A stretch of 64,000 bases of DNA from Nitrospirota bacterium (GCA_963733375.1 CAVTDB010000026.1:64001-128000), one strand, 5' to 3'. Positions 9,140 through 30,497 are shown, counted from the stretch's first letter. The notes: generated from the letters alone by a model not told the origin. Made by a program: numbers and translations.

Positions 9140-10396
9140 ATGGCAAGGCTCCAGGTAGTTTTAAAAGTCTTTTTTGCGGCGCTTGCCGTGCTTTTGCCGC
9201 TTACGCTGGCGATGGAGAAGTGCGGGGCTGAAGAGCCCGCAGTAATCCGGGCCGCAGACCGGTACGGTCAAAGGGCGTGCGATAGAGGCGATTAACGCCG
9301 GGGACTATACGGCCGCGATAGATATACTGGAGAAGGCCCCTTCCCAGGACCCGTTCGATGAAGATTACAAGGCCCTGCTGGCCAAGGCATACGGCGAACG
9401 GGGATGGAAGAAGCAGGGCAACGGGAGATTTTCCGGGCGCTTTGGAAGACCTGAAGAAGGCGCGGCTAAACGAGCCGAAGAAGCAGTTTGCCACGTACTT
9501 CGGGCTTGCGTATTGCTCGTACCGCTTAAAGCAGGCGGACGACGCGCTCGATTACCTGGACGAGGCGATATTTCTGGAGCCTTCCGAACCGCAGGCGAGG
9601 ACGCTTCGGGGCCAGATATATTATCAGCGCGGGCGTCTCCAGGAAGCGGTGTCCGAGTTGGAGTTGGCGCTTCAGGAAAAGCCGGGGGATAAAGGCATAA
9701 AAGACCTCCTGGCGAAGGCAAGGAAAGAACTTGGGGTAGAAGGCTCCTTTACGGACAGGGAGACCTACTACTTCAATGTAAAATACGAAGGCGAAGAAAA
9801 AAGGCAACTGGGCGACCTGGTGCTTGATGTTTTATACAAGGCCTCGTCCAACGTCGGCGGCGACCTTGGCTATTATCAGAAGGAGCCGATAAACGTAATC
9901 CTTTACACCCGTCAGCAGTTCGTGGACGTGACCGATGCGCCGGACTGGTCCGGCGGGGTCTTCGACGGCAACATCAGGATACCCGTCGGGGGCAGGGAAT
10001 ATAGATAAGACGGCCCTTGCGGCGGTGATCCACCACGAGTTCACCCATGCGGTGATACACCGGGAGGTAAGCGGCCACGTTCCGGCCTGGCTGGACGAAG
10101 GCACCGCCCAGTATGAGGAACGCTGGGCCAGGCAGCCGAAAGCGGATGGTTTTACGCCCGTCCCGCTTTCAACGCTGGACAAGACGTTCATAAACATGGA
10201 CCCGGACAAGGCGAAGAACGCATATGCCGAGTCGCTCTCCGCGGTGCAGTACTACGTGGACAGGTTCGGGATGTACAGCCTCTCCAACCTGATAAAGGAC
10301 CTGGGAGAGGGCCGGGGCGTATCCGACGCTATGAAAAAAGCCGCCGGGGTGAGCCTTTCCGAGTTCGAGCAGGATTGGCGGGGCAGCGGCAGGTAG
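9140..10396 (+). CDS. exported TPR-repeat protein with C-terminal peptidase MA-like (HExxH) domain, frameshifted
   Basis: Signal-like MARLQVVLKVFFAALAVLL, TPR helices, APDWSGGVFDG, HEFTH, PAWLDEGTAQY spread across several frames. Confidence 0.75.
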
Positions 10397-10498
10397 TCGG
10401 TGCGCGATTTCCGGCCAGTGAGGAAGCATTATCTGGCAGGTAAGTTTACTTGAGGTGGAAATGGCGCTTGAAAGATGGAGCGCCTGAACATAGAGCAG

Positions 10499-10574
10499 GC
10501 CGACGTAGCTCAGTTGGCAGAGCACATCCTTGGTAAGGATGAGGTCACCAGTTCGATCCTGGTCGTCGGCTCCA
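10499..10574 (+). tRNA. tRNA-Thr(GGU)
   Basis: Anticodon loop ttggtaa, CCA; canonical position upstream of tuf. Confidence 0.97.
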
Positions 10575-10676
10575 GTAACTTGTTAGCGGGGAGCGCCTCT
10601 CCGGCGAAGTCTTAGCTTAACCGGACTCGGGGAGGTTTGCACCTTCGCGTTTTCCTTTTTTTTAAGGGGGACAGTA

Positions 10677-11876
<1,200 letters not shown>

Positions 11877-11882
11877 AGGGTC

Positions 11883-11980
11883 GTTACCTTTTTGGTAAAA
11901 AGGTAACACCAAAAACTTTCAAATTGTTTTAACACTGGCTTTCTTTTGGTTACTTTTCTTTCACCCGAAAGAAAAGTAAC
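11883..11980. repeat. REP-like double-hairpin intergenic element, copy A
   Basis: gttacctttttggtaaaaaggtaac ... ggctttcttttggttacttttctttcacccgaaagaaaagtaac. Confidence 0.85.
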
Positions 11981-11996
11981 AGACTTGGAGTTTATC

Positions 11997-12149
11997 ATGC
12001 GGGACATAATATTGCTTACGTGCCAGACTTGCAAACAGCGCAACTACTCCACGATGAAGAACAAGAAGAACACCACGGAGAAGATCGAGCTGAAAAAGTA
12101 CTGCAAGTTCTGCAGGATTCATACGGTCCACAAAGAAACGAAGGCTTAA
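11997..12149 (+). CDS. rpmG: 50S ribosomal protein L33 (Zn-binding type)
   Basis: [17 protein letters not shown]...[15 protein letters not shown]. Confidence 0.95.
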   Translation: MRDIILLTCQTCKQRNYSTMKNKKNTTEKIELKKYCKFCRIHTVHKETKA

Positions 12150-12159
12150 ATCGCCTTGC

Positions 12160-12236
12160 AGGCCAGTAGCTCTAACGGTTAGAGCACCGGACTCCAAATC
12201 CGGGTGTTGGGGGTTCGAATCCCTCCTGGCCTGCCA
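12160..12236 (+). tRNA. tRNA-Trp(CCA)
   Basis: Anticodon loop ctccaaa; canonical position between rpmG and secE. Confidence 0.96.
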
Positions 12237-12288
12237 TTTAAGAGGCGCGGCGCCTGAAACGTGCCGCTTGAAGCCTCGGGAGAAAAAA

Positions 12289-12477
12289 ATGTTCAACCGG
12301 GCAATTGAGTTCCTCAAGGAATCGAAGAACGAGCTTTCGAAGGTGGTCTTCCCGTCCAGGGCCGAGACCATCAGCGCGACGATTGTCGTGATATTGTCAG
12401 TCATATTCGTATCAATATTTCTTGGGGTAGTCGACCTCGGGCTGTCGAAGCTGATGTCGATGCTTGTGCTGGGCTAA
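12289..12477 (+). CDS. secE: preprotein translocase subunit SecE
   Basis: [10 protein letters not shown] plus a single TM helix; between tRNA-Trp and nusG. Confidence 0.92.
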   Translation: MFNRAIEFLKESKNELSKVVFPSRAETISATIVVILSVIFVSIFLGVVDLGLSKLMSMLVLG

Positions 12478-12502
12478 TAGCCCTAATACGTTGGGAGACA
12501 AG

Positions 12503-13033
12503 ATGGACAAGGAATGGTATGTGGTGCATACCTACTCGGGTTTTGAAGGGAAAGTAAAATCGAGTATCGAGGAGCGCGCGAGGTCGCTGGGACTTCAGGA
12601 CAGGATAAGCCAGATACTGGTGCCGACCGAGGACGTGGTTGAGCTCCGTAACGGCAAGAAGCGCACCTCGACAAGGAAGTTCTTTCCCGGATATATCCTG
12701 GTGGAGATGGAGCTGGACGACGCTACATGGCACCTTGTGAAGGATACTCCGAAGGTGACGGGTTTTGTAGGCGACAAGCAGAAACCCTCCCCGATAACCG
12801 AGGAAGAGGTCGGGCTGATCAGGACCCAGATGGAGGAGGGCGCGGCCCCCGCCAAGCGCGAGGCGGCATTTGCCCACGGCGATACCGTCAGGATAGTGGA
12901 CGGCCCGTTCATCAGCTTCACCGGCACGGTCGAAGAGGTGAACCCGGACCAGGGCAAGCTGAAGGTCATGGTGTCCATTTTCGGGCGCGCCACGCCGGTG
13001 GAACTTGATTTCCTTCAGGTGGAGAAGGCATAG
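12503..13033 (+). CDS. nusG: transcription termination/antitermination factor NusG
   Basis: [35 protein letters not shown]. Confidence 0.97.
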   Translation: MDKEWYVVHTYSGFEGKVKSSIEERARSLGLQDRISQILVPTEDVVELRNGKKRTSTRKFFPGYILVEMELDDATWHLVKDTPKVTGFVGDKQKPSPITEEEVGLIRTQMEEGAAPAKREAAFAHGDTVRIVDGPFISFTGTVEEVNPDQGKLKVMVSIFGRATPVELDFLQVEKA

Positions 13034-13159
13034 CAAATTTAAAAAATATCCCGGAACCCCTGAGCGGCGCTCTTTGATGCGAGAGCGCGCTTCTGCCGTT
13101 CAGGGGACCTGGTTTTTAATAAAGCAGATTCTTCTTTTCTAAATATATAGGAGTTCAAA

Positions 13160-13588
13160 ATGCCGAAGAAGGAAATAACCGGATACGTAAAGCTCCAGAT
13201 ACCCGCCGCGAAGGCAAACCCCGCGCCGCCAGTCGGCCCGGCCCTTGGCCAGCACGGCGTGAACATCATGGAGTTCTGCAAGGCTTATAACGCCCAGACT
13301 CAGGAGATGGCAGGCCAGGTCGTCCCGGTGGTGATTACCATCTACAGCGACAGGACCTTCACCTTCGTGCTGAAGACCCCGCCCGCATCCGAGCTTTTAA
13401 AGAAAGCCGCCGGAATCGTCAAGGGCTCCGGCGTCCCCAACAAGGACAAGGTCGGAAAGGTCTCCGAGGCGCAGGTCCGGGAAATCGCCCAGACGAAGCT
13501 CCCGGATTTAAATGCCGTTGACATCGAAGGCGCGGTCCAGATAATCAGGGGCACCGCCCGCAGCATGGGGATAGACGTTACGGCGTAA
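13160..13588 (+). CDS. rplK: 50S ribosomal protein L11
   Basis: [23 protein letters not shown]. Confidence 0.98.
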   Translation: MPKKEITGYVKLQIPAAKANPAPPVGPALGQHGVNIMEFCKAYNAQTQEMAGQVVPVVITIYSDRTFTFVLKTPPASELLKKAAGIVKGSGVPNKDKVGKVSEAQVREIAQTKLPDLNAVDIEGAVQIIRGTARSMGIDVTA

Positions 13589-13708
13589 GGGCGCAGATCA
13601 AATTTTTCCGGGGAACTACCGCCACCCGGAGAAGGACAATTAGACCGGCGGGAGAATAAGGAGAGACGGGAACAGAATTCCGCTCTCACCATTCGATAAG
13701 GAGAAGAT

Positions 13709-14404
13709 ATGAAACAGAAAAAACTGAAGGCAAGCCTTGCGAAAGTGGACACGTCCAAGCAGTACACGCTGGAAGAGGCGATGGCGCTGGCGAAGGAATG
13801 CCATTTCACGAAATTCGATGAATCGGTTGACCTTGCCGTGATGCTGGGCGTGGACCCGAAGCGCTCCGACCAGATGGTCAGGGGTTCGGTAAACCTGCCG
13901 CACGGGACCGGCAAAACGGTCAGGGTCCTGGCCTTTGCCAAGGGCGAAAAGGAAAGAGAAGCGACCGAAGCCGGCGCGGATTTTGCGGGCGGCGAGGACA
14001 TGGTCGCGAAGGTTCAGGGCGGCTGGATGGACTTCGACAGGGTCGTGGCCACGCCGGACATGATGGGCGCCGTCGGAAAGCTCGGCAAGGTGCTGGGCCC
14101 CAGAGGGCTCATGCCGAGCCCGAAAGTCGGCTCGGTCACGATGGATATAGGCAAGGCGGTCAAGGAGATAAAGGCCGGGAAGGTGGAGTACAGGGTGGAG
14201 AAAGCCGGGATTATCCACGTCCCCGTCGGAAAGGTCTCTTTCGCGCCGGAGAAACTGGCCGAGAACGCGACGGAGGTGCTGGAGTCGCTGATGAAGGCGA
14301 AGCCCGCGACCGCCAAGGGCCGCTATATGAAAAAGATAACCGTGTCCACCACGATGGGACCCGGAATAAGAGTTGACGTGGCGCTTGCCACGGCCTCGAT
14401 GTAA
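13709..14404 (+). CDS. rplA: 50S ribosomal protein L1
   Basis: [29 protein letters not shown]. Confidence 0.98.
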   Translation: MKQKKLKASLAKVDTSKQYTLEEAMALAKECHFTKFDESVDLAVMLGVDPKRSDQMVRGSVNLPHGTGKTVRVLAFAKGEKEREATEAGADFAGGEDMVAKVQGGWMDFDRVVATPDMMGAVGKLGKVLGPRGLMPSPKVGSVTMDIGKAVKEIKAGKVEYRVEKAGIIHVPVGKVSFAPEKLAENATEVLESLMKAKPATAKGRYMKKITVSTTMGPGIRVDVALATASM

Positions 14405-14409
14405 GCTAC

Positions 14410-14525
14410 GGGCAAAACCTTTACCTTTTTAGTAAAAAGGTAAAGCCAAAAACTTTTGGACGGGTTTTACTGTCCGGCTTTCTTTTGGTTACTTTTCTTT
14501 CACCGGAAAGAAAAGTAACGGTTTA
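14410..14525. repeat. REP-like double-hairpin element, copy B
   Basis: ctttacctttttagtaaaaaggtaaagccaaaaacttt ... ggctttcttttggttacttttctttcaccggaaagaaaagtaac. Confidence 0.85.
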
Positions 14526-14543
14526 GGGCCGGTTGATTTTAAA

Positions 14544-14715
14544 GTCGAAGACAGCAGGAGGGGCAAAGGATAAAAGACATGATGCGTTATTCGTTGTTAA
14601 GAAACGACACGCCGCGATACTTTACCCTGTTCCTTAATTGGCCGAAAGGCCGTCCCGCCGAGACGAGAGGGTAAAAAAATCAATTTCCCCTGTCGACGAC
14701 TTGGAAAGGGGGTTT
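14544..14715 (+). promoter_or_regulatory. L10 leader (rplJ autoregulatory RNA)
   Basis: gtcgaagacagcagg ... ttaa ... cccgccgagac pattern directly upstream of rplJ. Confidence 0.7.
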
Positions 14716-14719
14716 AAGT

Positions 14720-15242
14720 TTGAAAAAGAATGAAAAGCAGGAGACTGATAGACGAGCTTCATGGGAAATTCGAAGCCGCCAAGGCCACGATTATCACGGA
14801 GTACAAGGGCCTGACTGTCGCCGAGATCACGGAGCTTAGAAACGAGCTCCGAAAGGGCCAGCTCGAGTACAGGGTCGTGAAAAATACCCTGGCGATAAGG
14901 GCGGCCGCGGGCACGTCCGCTTCCAAGCTGGTCGAGTACATGCAGGGCCCGACCGGGCTTGTGCTTGGTTTCGGAGACCCGGTGGCGCCGGCGAAGGCGG
15001 TTACCGAATTCGCAAAGAAGCGGGATAAGCTGAAGATAAAGGTTGGCGTAATCGAGGGCCAGCTTGCGGACGACAAGCAGCTTAAAGCGATAGCGATGCT
15101 GCCGTCCAGGGAACAGTTGCTTTCCCAGATGGCCGCGGGCTTCCAGGCGCCGGCTTCACAGATGGTAAGGCTGTTGAACGCAACGGTCGCAAGGCTTGGT
15201 TATGCGTTAAACGCGCTCAAGGATCAGAAGGCATCAACTTAA
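14720..15242 (+). CDS. rplJ: 50S ribosomal protein L10 (probable TTG start with an early frameshift)
   Basis: EYKGLTVAEITELR, VVKNTLA, LPSREQLL. Confidence 0.93.
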
Positions 15243-15272
15243 TTTTCAAGTCGGATACAGGAGAGAAAAAAA

Positions 15273-15653
15273 ATGGCAGACGTTACAAAAGATCAGGTTT
15301 TCACGTTCATCGATAACATGACCATACTCCAGATGAGCGAGTTCATCAAGGAATTCGAAGAGCGCTATGGCGTAACCGCCGCGGCCCCCGTCGCAGTCGC
15401 GGCCGCAGCCGCTGGCGCGGCGCCGGCAGCCGAAGAGGAGAAGACCGCTTTCGACGTCATCCTCACCTCGGCGGGCGACAAGAAGATACAGGTAATCAAG
15501 GTCGTGCGCGAGCTGACCGGCCTTGGCCTCAAGGAGGCGAAAGACCTGGTGGACGGCGCTCCCAAGGAAGTAAAGGGCGGCGTATCCAAGGAAGAGGCTG
15601 CCTCGATAAAGGCGAAGCTTGAAGAGCAGGGCGCGGGAGTAGAGGTAAAGTAG
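15273..15653 (+). CDS. rplL: 50S ribosomal protein L7/L12
   Basis: Ala-rich hinge, [20 protein letters not shown]. Confidence 0.98.
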   Translation: MADVTKDQVFTFIDNMTILQMSEFIKEFEERYGVTAAAPVAVAAAAAGAAPAAEEEKTAFDVILTSAGDKKIQVIKVVRELTGLGLKEAKDLVDGAPKEVKGGVSKEEAASIKAKLEEQGAGVEVK

Positions 15654-15671
15654 GTGCATTCCCTGGCTGTT

Positions 15672-15712
15672 GGTCCTCCGGCCGAAACGGTCCGGAGGGC
15701 CGACGGCTTTTT
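15672..15712 (+). terminator. terminator/attenuator between rplL and rpoB
   Basis: ggtcctccgg...ccggagggcc stem with nearby T-run. Confidence 0.55.
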
Positions 15713-15779
15713 GTGTCTTATGAGCATGAGTAAAAACGTCCTTTAAAAGGGACATATCAGATAAAATCAAGGAGAGTAG

Positions 15780-19772
<3,993 letters not shown>

Positions 19773-19810
19773 AGAAGGGATGGGATCATCCATCTATCGG
19801 AGGTAATGAA

Positions 19811-24071
<4,261 letters not shown>

Positions 24072-24098
24072 CTGAAACAAAAGAGATATTTAAAAAGC

Positions 24099-24140
24099 TG
24101 GGCGTCCTCCGGGACCGGGGGACGCCCTCCTTTATTTTTT
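24099..24140 (+). terminator. terminator after rpoC
   Basis: gggcgtcctcc...gggggacgccc stem followed by T-rich tract. Confidence 0.65.
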
Positions 24141-24164
24141 ATTTCTTTTGTGTATAATTAATAC

Positions 24165-24194
24165 TTGACATGACGCATTAGATTGGGCTATAAT
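24165..24194 (+). promoter_or_regulatory. sigma70 promoter of the str operon
   Basis: TTGACA-N18-TATAAT. Confidence 0.8.
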
Positions 24195-24282
24195 CCGCGA
24201 GTTTTGGCCGATAAATCTGTTTTTTGCTAAGCATCGGAAAAAACAAGGGTATTTTTAAAAGAATGTTTCCTGGAGGTTGGGC

Positions 24283-24657
24283 GTGCCGACTATTAACCAG
24301 TTAGTGAGGAGCAGCAGGGAGAAAATCTCCATAAAGAGCAAAAGCCCTGCTCTTAAGAGTTGCCCGCAGAAAAGAGGCGTCTGTGTCAGGGTTTACACCA
24401 CTACGCCCAAAAAGCCGAACTCGGCGCTTCGGAAGGTGGCCAGGGTCCGTCTGACGAACCAGATGGAAGTCACCACCTATATCCCGGGCGTGGGGCATAA
24501 CCTGCAGGAGCACTCCATAGTCCTCATCAGGGGCGGCAGGGTAAAGGACCTTCCAGGAGTAAGATATCATATAATCCGCGGGACCTTGGATACTACAGGC
24601 GTGGCGAACCGCAAGCAGGGCCGTTCAAAATACGGCGCCAAGCGGCCCAAGGCCTAA
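24283..24657 (+). CDS. rpsL: 30S ribosomal protein S12
   Basis: [28 protein letters not shown]; GTG start after ggagg. Confidence 0.98.
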   Translation: MPTINQLVRSSREKISIKSKSPALKSCPQKRGVCVRVYTTTPKKPNSALRKVARVRLTNQMEVTTYIPGVGHNLQEHSIVLIRGGRVKDLPGVRYHIIRGTLDTTGVANRKQGRSKYGAKRPKA

Positions 24658-24668
24658 GGAGGAGAGAG

Positions 24669-25139
24669 ATGCCGAGAAGAAGAGAAGTACCCAAAAGGGA
24701 AACCCTCCCGGACCCGAAGTTCAATAACAAACTGGTCGGCAAGTTTATGAGCTGCCTGATGATCGAGGGCAAGAAGAGCGTCGCCGAGCATATAACCTAT
24801 GGCGCGTTCGACATTATAAAGGACAAGACCAACGGCGACCCCCTGAAGACTTTCAAGACCGCGCTCGATAACATAAAGCCGGCTGTCGAAGTCAAATCCC
24901 GCAGGGTCGGCGGCGCGTCATATCAGGTGCCGGTGGATATCCGCCCGAACAGGAGGATGGCGCTTGGCATCAGGTGGCTCATCATATTCGCCCGCAAGAG
25001 GGGCGAAAAGACAATGAGGGAGCGTCTTGCGGCCGAGCTTATGGACGCGGCGAACAACACCGGGGCGGCAGTAAGGAAGAAGGAGGATACCCACAAGATG
25101 GCGGAGGCGAACAAAGCCTTTGCGCATTACAGGTGGTAA
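24669..25139 (+). CDS. rpsG: 30S ribosomal protein S7
   Basis: [24 protein letters not shown]. Confidence 0.98.
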   Translation: MPRRREVPKRETLPDPKFNNKLVGKFMSCLMIEGKKSVAEHITYGAFDIIKDKTNGDPLKTFKTALDNIKPAVEVKSRRVGGASYQVPVDIRPNRRMALGIRWLIIFARKRGEKTMRERLAAELMDAANNTGAAVRKKEDTHKMAEANKAFAHYRW

Positions 25140-25147
25140 AAATATAG

Positions 25148-27268
25148 ATGGCACAAGCAGTTGAAAAGACAACAGGGTCGGGTAAAGTGAAGAGGCAGTT
25201 CCCTCTCGAGGACACCCGTAATATAGGCATAATGGCGCACATCGACGCGGGCAAAACCACGACGACCGAGCGCATCCTGTACTACACCGGCGTATCCTAT
25301 AAAATAGGCGAAGTGCACGAAGGCACCGCCGTAATGGACTGGATGGTTCAGGAGCAGGAGAGGGGCATCACCATAACCTCCGCCGCCACTACGTGTGCCT
25401 GGAAGGGAAAGCGCATCAATATAATAGATACGCCGGGCCACGTGGATTTCACCATCGAGGTCGAGCGTTCTCTTCGCGTGCTGGACGGCGCGGTTGCGGT
25501 ATTCGATTCCGTCGCGGGCGTCGAGCCCCAGTCGGAGACGGTATGGCGCCAGGCGGATAAGTACGAGGTCCCCAGGATAGCCTTCATGAATAAAATGGAC
25601 AGGACGGGCGCGGACTTCTACCGTTCAGTCCAGACCATGATAGACCGCCTTGGAGCGAGGCCTGTCCCGATCCAGCTGCCCATAGGCAGGGAAGAGAACT
25701 TCAAAGGGATAATAGACCTGGTCCGGATGAAGGCCGTGCTTTTCCTGGACGAAACACTCGGCGCCAAGTTCGAGGAGTCTGAAATCCCTGAGGACATGAC
25801 AGCCAAGGCCCAGGAGTACCGCGAGAAGATGATCGAGGCGCTGTCCGACGTGAACGACGCCCTCATGGAGAAGTATCTCGGCGGGGAAACCATATCCGAG
25901 GAAGAGATAAAGGCCGCCCTGCGCGAAGGCACGATTAAATTAAAAATAACCCCATGCACCTGCGGCACCGCGTTCAAGAACAAAGGCGTACAGACTCTGC
26001 TGGATGCGGTGGTGGACTATCTTCCTTCGCCTCTCGACGTCCCGCCGGTAGTTGGGAAGCACCCGAGCAGCGGCGACGAGGTTGTGCGTAAAGCGGACGA
26101 CAGCGAGCCGTTCTCCGCGCTGGCCTTTAAAATAATGACTGACCCGTTCGTCGGCCAGCTCACCTTCTTCAGGGTGTACTCCGGCACGATGAACGCGGGC
26201 TCCTACGTATACAATGCGACCAAGGACAACAAGGAGCGCGTCGGCCGCATCCTCAAGATGCATGCCAACAAGCGCGAGGATATAGACGTAGTCTATGCGG
26301 GCGATATCGCCGCCGCGGTCGGGCTTAAGAATACCACGACCGGCGACACTCTCTGCGACATAAGCCACCCGGTAATCCTGGAGAAGATGGAGTTCCCGGA
26401 CCCGGTTATATCCGTCGCCATCGAGCCCAAGACCAAGATCGACCAGGAGAGGCTTGGGAGTTCGCTCTCAAAGCTGGCCCAGGAAGATCCTTCATTCAGG
26501 GTAAAGACTGACGAGGAGACCGGACAGACGATAATCTCCGGCATGGGCGAGCTCCACCTGGAGATCATAGTGGACAGGCTCCTGCGCGAGTTCAAGGTGG
26601 ACGCGAACGTGGGCAAGCCCCAGGTCGCCTACCGCGAGACGATCCGCAAGAAGGTCGAATCCCAGGGCAAGTTCGTGCGTCAGAGCGGCGGCCGTGGCCA
26701 GTACGGCGACGTGTGGCTCACCATTGAGCCGAACGAGCAGGGCGCAGGCTTCGAGTTCGTCAATAAGATAGTAGGCGGCGTGGTCCCCAGGGAATACATC
26801 CCGGCGGTCGAGAAGGGCGTCAAGGAGGCGATGGACGGCGGCGTGCTGGCCGGCTATCCGATGGTGGACATAAAAGTCACTATAATCGACGGTTCCTACC
26901 ACGATGTCGATTCCTCTGAAATGGCCTTCAAGATTGCAGGCTCGATGGGCTTCAAGGCGGGCGTTGCGAAGGCTGGAGCCGTCCTGCTCGAGCCGGTGAT
27001 GTCCGTGGAAGTCGTCGTGGCGGAAGAATATATGGGCGACGTTATAGGGGACTTAAACTCAAGGCGCGGGAAGATACAGGGCATGGAGCCCAGGGGCACC
27101 GCGCAGGTTATACAGGCGATGGTGCCGCTTTCACAGATGTTCGGCTATTCGACCGACCTTCGCTCCGCGACCCAGGGCAGGGCTACTTATACCATGCAGT
27201 TCTCGCATTACGAAGAGGTCCCCAAGGGGCTTGCGGACGAGATAATCGCCAAGGTCAAGGGCGAATAA
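25148..27268 (+). CDS. fusA: elongation factor G
   Basis: [25 protein letters not shown]; alternative GTG start ~25187. Confidence 0.98.
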   Translation: MAQAVEKTTGSGKVKRQFPLEDTRNIGIMAHIDAGKTTTTERILYYTGVSYKIGEVHEGTAVMDWMVQEQERGITITSAATTCAWKGKRINIIDTPGHVDFTIEVERSLRVLDGAVAVFDSVAGVEPQSETVWRQADKYEVPRIAFMNKMDRTGADFYRSVQTMIDRLGARPVPIQLPIGREENFKGIIDLVRMKAVLFLDETLGAKFEESEIPEDMTAKAQEYREKMIEALSDVNDALMEKYLGGETISEEEIKAALREGTIKLKITPCTCGTAFKNKGVQTLLDAVVDYLPSPLDVPPVVGKHPSSGDEVVRKADDSEPFSALAFKIMTDPFVGQLTFFRVYSGTMNAGSYVYNATKDNKERVGRILKMHANKREDIDVVYAGDIAAAVGLKNTTTGDTLCDISHPVILEKMEFPDPVISVAIEPKTKIDQERLGSSLSKLAQEDPSFRVKTDEETGQTIISGMGELHLEIIVDRLLREFKVDANVGKPQVAYRETIRKKVESQGKFVRQSGGRGQYGDVWLTIEPNEQGAGFEFVNKIVGGVVPREYIPAVEKGVKEAMDGGVLAGYPMVDIKVTIIDGSYHDVDSSEMAFKIAGSMGFKAGVAKAGAVLLEPVMSVEVVVAEEYMGDVIGDLNSRRGKIQGMEPRGTAQVIQAMVPLSQMFGYSTDLRSATQGRATYTMQFSHYEEVPKGLADEIIAKVKGE

Positions 27269-27304
27269 AAGGCGAAATTATCCCGTTCAACAGGAGGGTT
27301 TATC

Positions 27305-28505
27305 ATGGCTAAAGAGAAATTTGAGAGGAAGAAGCCCCACGTTAACGTAGGCACGATAGGCCACGTTGACCACGGTAAGACGACCTTGACGGCTGCGATA
27401 ACGAAGGTATTGGCGACGAAGGGTCAGGCGAAGTTTACGGCGTTCGACCAGATAGACAAGGCCCCCGAGGAGCGTGAGAGGGGCATCACGATAGCGACGG
27501 CGCACGTGGAGTACGAGACGGATCGCCCGCCATTACGCTCACGTTGACTGCCCTGGCCATGCCGACTATGTAAAGAACATGATAACGGGCGCGGCGCAGA
27601 TGGACGGCGCGATACTCGTCGTATCGGCGGCGGACGGCCCGATGCCCCAGACGCGCGAGCATATCCTTCTTGCCCGTCAGGTCGGCGTGCCTTTCATAGT
27701 TGTATTCATGAACAAGGTAGACACGGTGGACGACCCCGAGCTTTTAGAGCTTGTCGAGCTTGAGCTTCGCGAGCTTTTATCAAAATACGAGTTCCCCGGC
27801 GACGATATACCAATCATCAAGGGCAGCGCGCTGAAGGCTCTGGAGTCTGCCTCGACGAGCCCGGACGCGGAAGAGTACAAGTGCATATGGGAGCTGATGG
27901 CCGCGGTCGACAGCTACATCCCGACGCCTGAGCGCGCCATCGACAAGCCGTTCCTTATGCCTGTCGAGGACGTTTTCACGATCTCCGGACGCGGCACTGT
28001 CATAACGGGCAGGGTCGAGAGGGGCGTTGTGAAGGTCGGCGAAGAGATGGAGATAGTCGGCATCCGGGACACCCAGAAGACGGTTGTGACGGGAGTCGAG
28101 ATGTTCCGGAAGCTGCTTGACCAGGGCCAGGCCGGCGACAACATCGGCGTCCTTCTTCGCGGCACGAAGAAAGAGGACGTGGAGCGCGGCATGGTGCTTG
28201 CCAAGCCGAAGTCGATCACCCCTCATACGAAGTTCAAGGCTGAGGCGTACATCCTTACGAAAGAGGAAGGCGGGCGACATACGCCCTTCTTCAACGGCTA
28301 CCGTCCGCAGTTCTACTTCCGGACGACGGACGTGACGGGCGTGGTGAAGCTTCCGGAAGGCGTCGAGATGGTAATGCCCGGCGACAACGTTTCGATGGAA
28401 GTGGACCTCATAACCCCGATAGCGTGCGAGAAGGAGCTCCGCTTCGCGATACGCGAGGGCGGACGCACCGTCGGCGCAGGCGTCGTGGCGGATATAATCG
28501 AGTAA
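27305..28505 (+). CDS. tuf: elongation factor Tu, copy 2 (apparent frameshift ~27525)
   Basis: Near-identical to copy 1; canonical position after fusA. Confidence 0.95.
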
Positions 28506-28506
28506 A

Positions 28507-28615
28507 GGGCAAACCGTTACCTTTTTAGAAAAAAGGTAATGCCAAAAACTTTTAGAGTGTTTTTAGTCCGGCTTTCTTTTGGTACTTTTCTTTCACCCGA
28601 AAGAAAAGTACGGTC
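28507..28615. repeat. REP-like double-hairpin element, copy C
   Basis: gttacctttttagaaaaaaggtaatgccaaaaacttt ... ggctttcttttggtacttttctttcacccgaaagaaaagtac. Confidence 0.85.
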
Positions 28616-28639
28616 TTAAAAATAATGAGGGTGTGAGAC

Positions 28640-28945
28640 GTGGCACAAAAAATAAGGATAAGGCTTAACGCCTACGACCACAGGCTGCTTGACCAGTCGG
28701 TGACCGAAATAGTGGACACGGCGAAAAGGACCGGCGCAAGGGTGTCCGGGCCGGTGCCCCTGCCCACCAAGATAAACAGGTACACAGTGCTCCGGTCCCC
28801 GCACGTGGACAAGAAGTCCAGAGAGCAGTTCGAGATAAGGACGCACAAGCGCCTTATCGACATCCTGGACCCGACCCCGCAGACCGTTGACGCGCTAATG
28901 AAGCTCGACCTTTCCGCGGGCGTAGACGTGGAGATAAAGTTATGA
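28640..28945 (+). CDS. rpsJ: 30S ribosomal protein S10
   Basis: [29 protein letters not shown]. Confidence 0.98.
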   Translation: MAQKIRIRLNAYDHRLLDQSVTEIVDTAKRTGARVSGPVPLPTKINRYTVLRSPHVDKKSREQFEIRTHKRLIDILDPTPQTVDALMKLDLSAGVDVEIKL

Positions 28946-29560
28946 TCAGCGGCATAATAGGCAAAAAACTGGGCATGACCCAGGTCTTTACGGAAGACGG
29001 GCGCGTGACTCCTGTCACGGTCATCGAGGCCGGGCCGTGCGCGGTCATCCAGAAAAAGACAGTCCCTTCGGACGGCTATGACGCGGTGCAGATAGGCTTC
29101 CTCGAAGTGAAAGAGAAAAAGGCGAACAAGCCGATGGCGGGCCATTTCAAGAAGTCCGGCACGGCGGCCTACAGGCACCTGAGGGAGTTCAAGGGCGATT
29201 CCTCCGACATGGAGCCGGGTTCCAAGGTGACCGTGGAGATATTCGCCAAAGGGCGACAAGGTCTCCGTCATCGGGACGTCCAAGGGCAAGGGTTTCCAGG
29301 GCGTCATCAAGCTCCACCACTTCAAGGGCGGCGGCGCGACTCACGGCTCGATGTTCCACAGGGAGCCGGGCGGCATAGGGTCGTCCGCATGGCCTTCCAG
29401 GGTATGGAAAAACAAGAAGCTCCCGGCCCACATGGGCGACAACCGGGTCACCACGCGGGGACTCGAAATCGTCGAAGTAAAGGGCCAGGACAATTTGTTG
29501 TTAATAAAAGGCGCAATCCCCGGAGCCCCCGGCGGTATCGTCATCGTAAACAAGATATAA
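28942..29560 (+). CDS. rplC: 50S ribosomal protein L3 (frameshift ~29250)
   Basis: [10 protein letters not shown] in one frame, HREPGGIG and KGAIPG in another. Confidence 0.95.
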
Positions 29561-29582
29561 GGGCAGTCCCAAGGAGACCAGG

Positions 29583-30206
29583 ATGCCAGCGGTAGATATA
29601 ATAGACGCGAAAAATAATAAAGCCGGGAAGGTGGACCTCTCGGATGACGTGTTCGGGGTAAAGGCCAATTCCGGCCTGATCCACGAAGCCTTCATCATGC
29701 AGATGGCGAACGCCAGGCAGGGTACGAACGAGACCAAAACCCGCCATTTCGTAAGCGGCGGCGGCGTTAAGCCGTTCCGTCAGAAGGGGACTGGCCGGGC
29801 ACGCGCGGGCTCTTCCCGTTCGGGCTTATGGAGGCACGGCGGAGTTATATTAGGCCCGCACCCCAGGGATTATTCCTACTCCATGCCAAAGAAGGCGGCG
29901 AGGCTGGCGCTGGCGGCGGTGCTCTCGGCGAAGCTTAGGGACGGTGAGCTTATTGTCCTGGACAAGCTGACGTTCGCGGAGCCGAAGACTAAAGAGGCGG
30001 CGGCGCTTATCTCCTCTTTGGGCATCACCGGCACCACCATGGTGCTGACCTCCGAGACGGACAGGAACGTCTACCTTGCGGCGCGCAACATTCCGGGCGT
30101 GAAGGTATGCCGGGTGGAGAACATAAATATCTACGACGTCCTCAAGTACAAGAACCTGGTTTCCGACAGGGAGTCGTTGGAGAAGCTCCAGGAGGCGCTC
30201 TCATGA
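29583..30206 (+). CDS. rplD: 50S ribosomal protein L4
   Basis: KPFRQKGTGRARAG. Confidence 0.97.
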   Translation: MPAVDIIDAKNNKAGKVDLSDDVFGVKANSGLIHEAFIMQMANARQGTNETKTRHFVSGGGVKPFRQKGTGRARAGSSRSGLWRHGGVILGPHPRDYSYSMPKKAARLALAAVLSAKLRDGELIVLDKLTFAEPKTKEAAALISSLGITGTTMVLTSETDRNVYLAARNIPGVKVCRVENINIYDVLKYKNLVSDRESLEKLQEALS

Positions 30207-30497
30207 AAAGCATATACGACGTAATAAAGAAGCCCCTCATTACGGAGAAGGGTTCTGACTCTGAAGGAAACCCAGAACAAGATAGTGCTTCAGGTTTCCA
30301 CGGAAGCGAACAAGATAGAGATAAAGAACGCGGTCGAGGCCGTTTTCAAGGTAAAGGTCGAAGAAGTGAGGACGATGGTCTTCAAGGGGAAAAAGAAGCG
30401 CCTGGGCGCCAGACAGGGCGTACGCTCGGACTGGAAGAAGGCGGTCGTTACGCTGAAGGAAGGCCAGACAGTCGAGTACCTTGAAGGCGTGAAATAG
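30203..30497 (+). CDS. rplW: 50S ribosomal protein L23 (frameshift ~30250)
   Basis: IKKPLITEKG, then ANKIEIKNAVE and WKKAVVTL. Confidence 0.93.
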
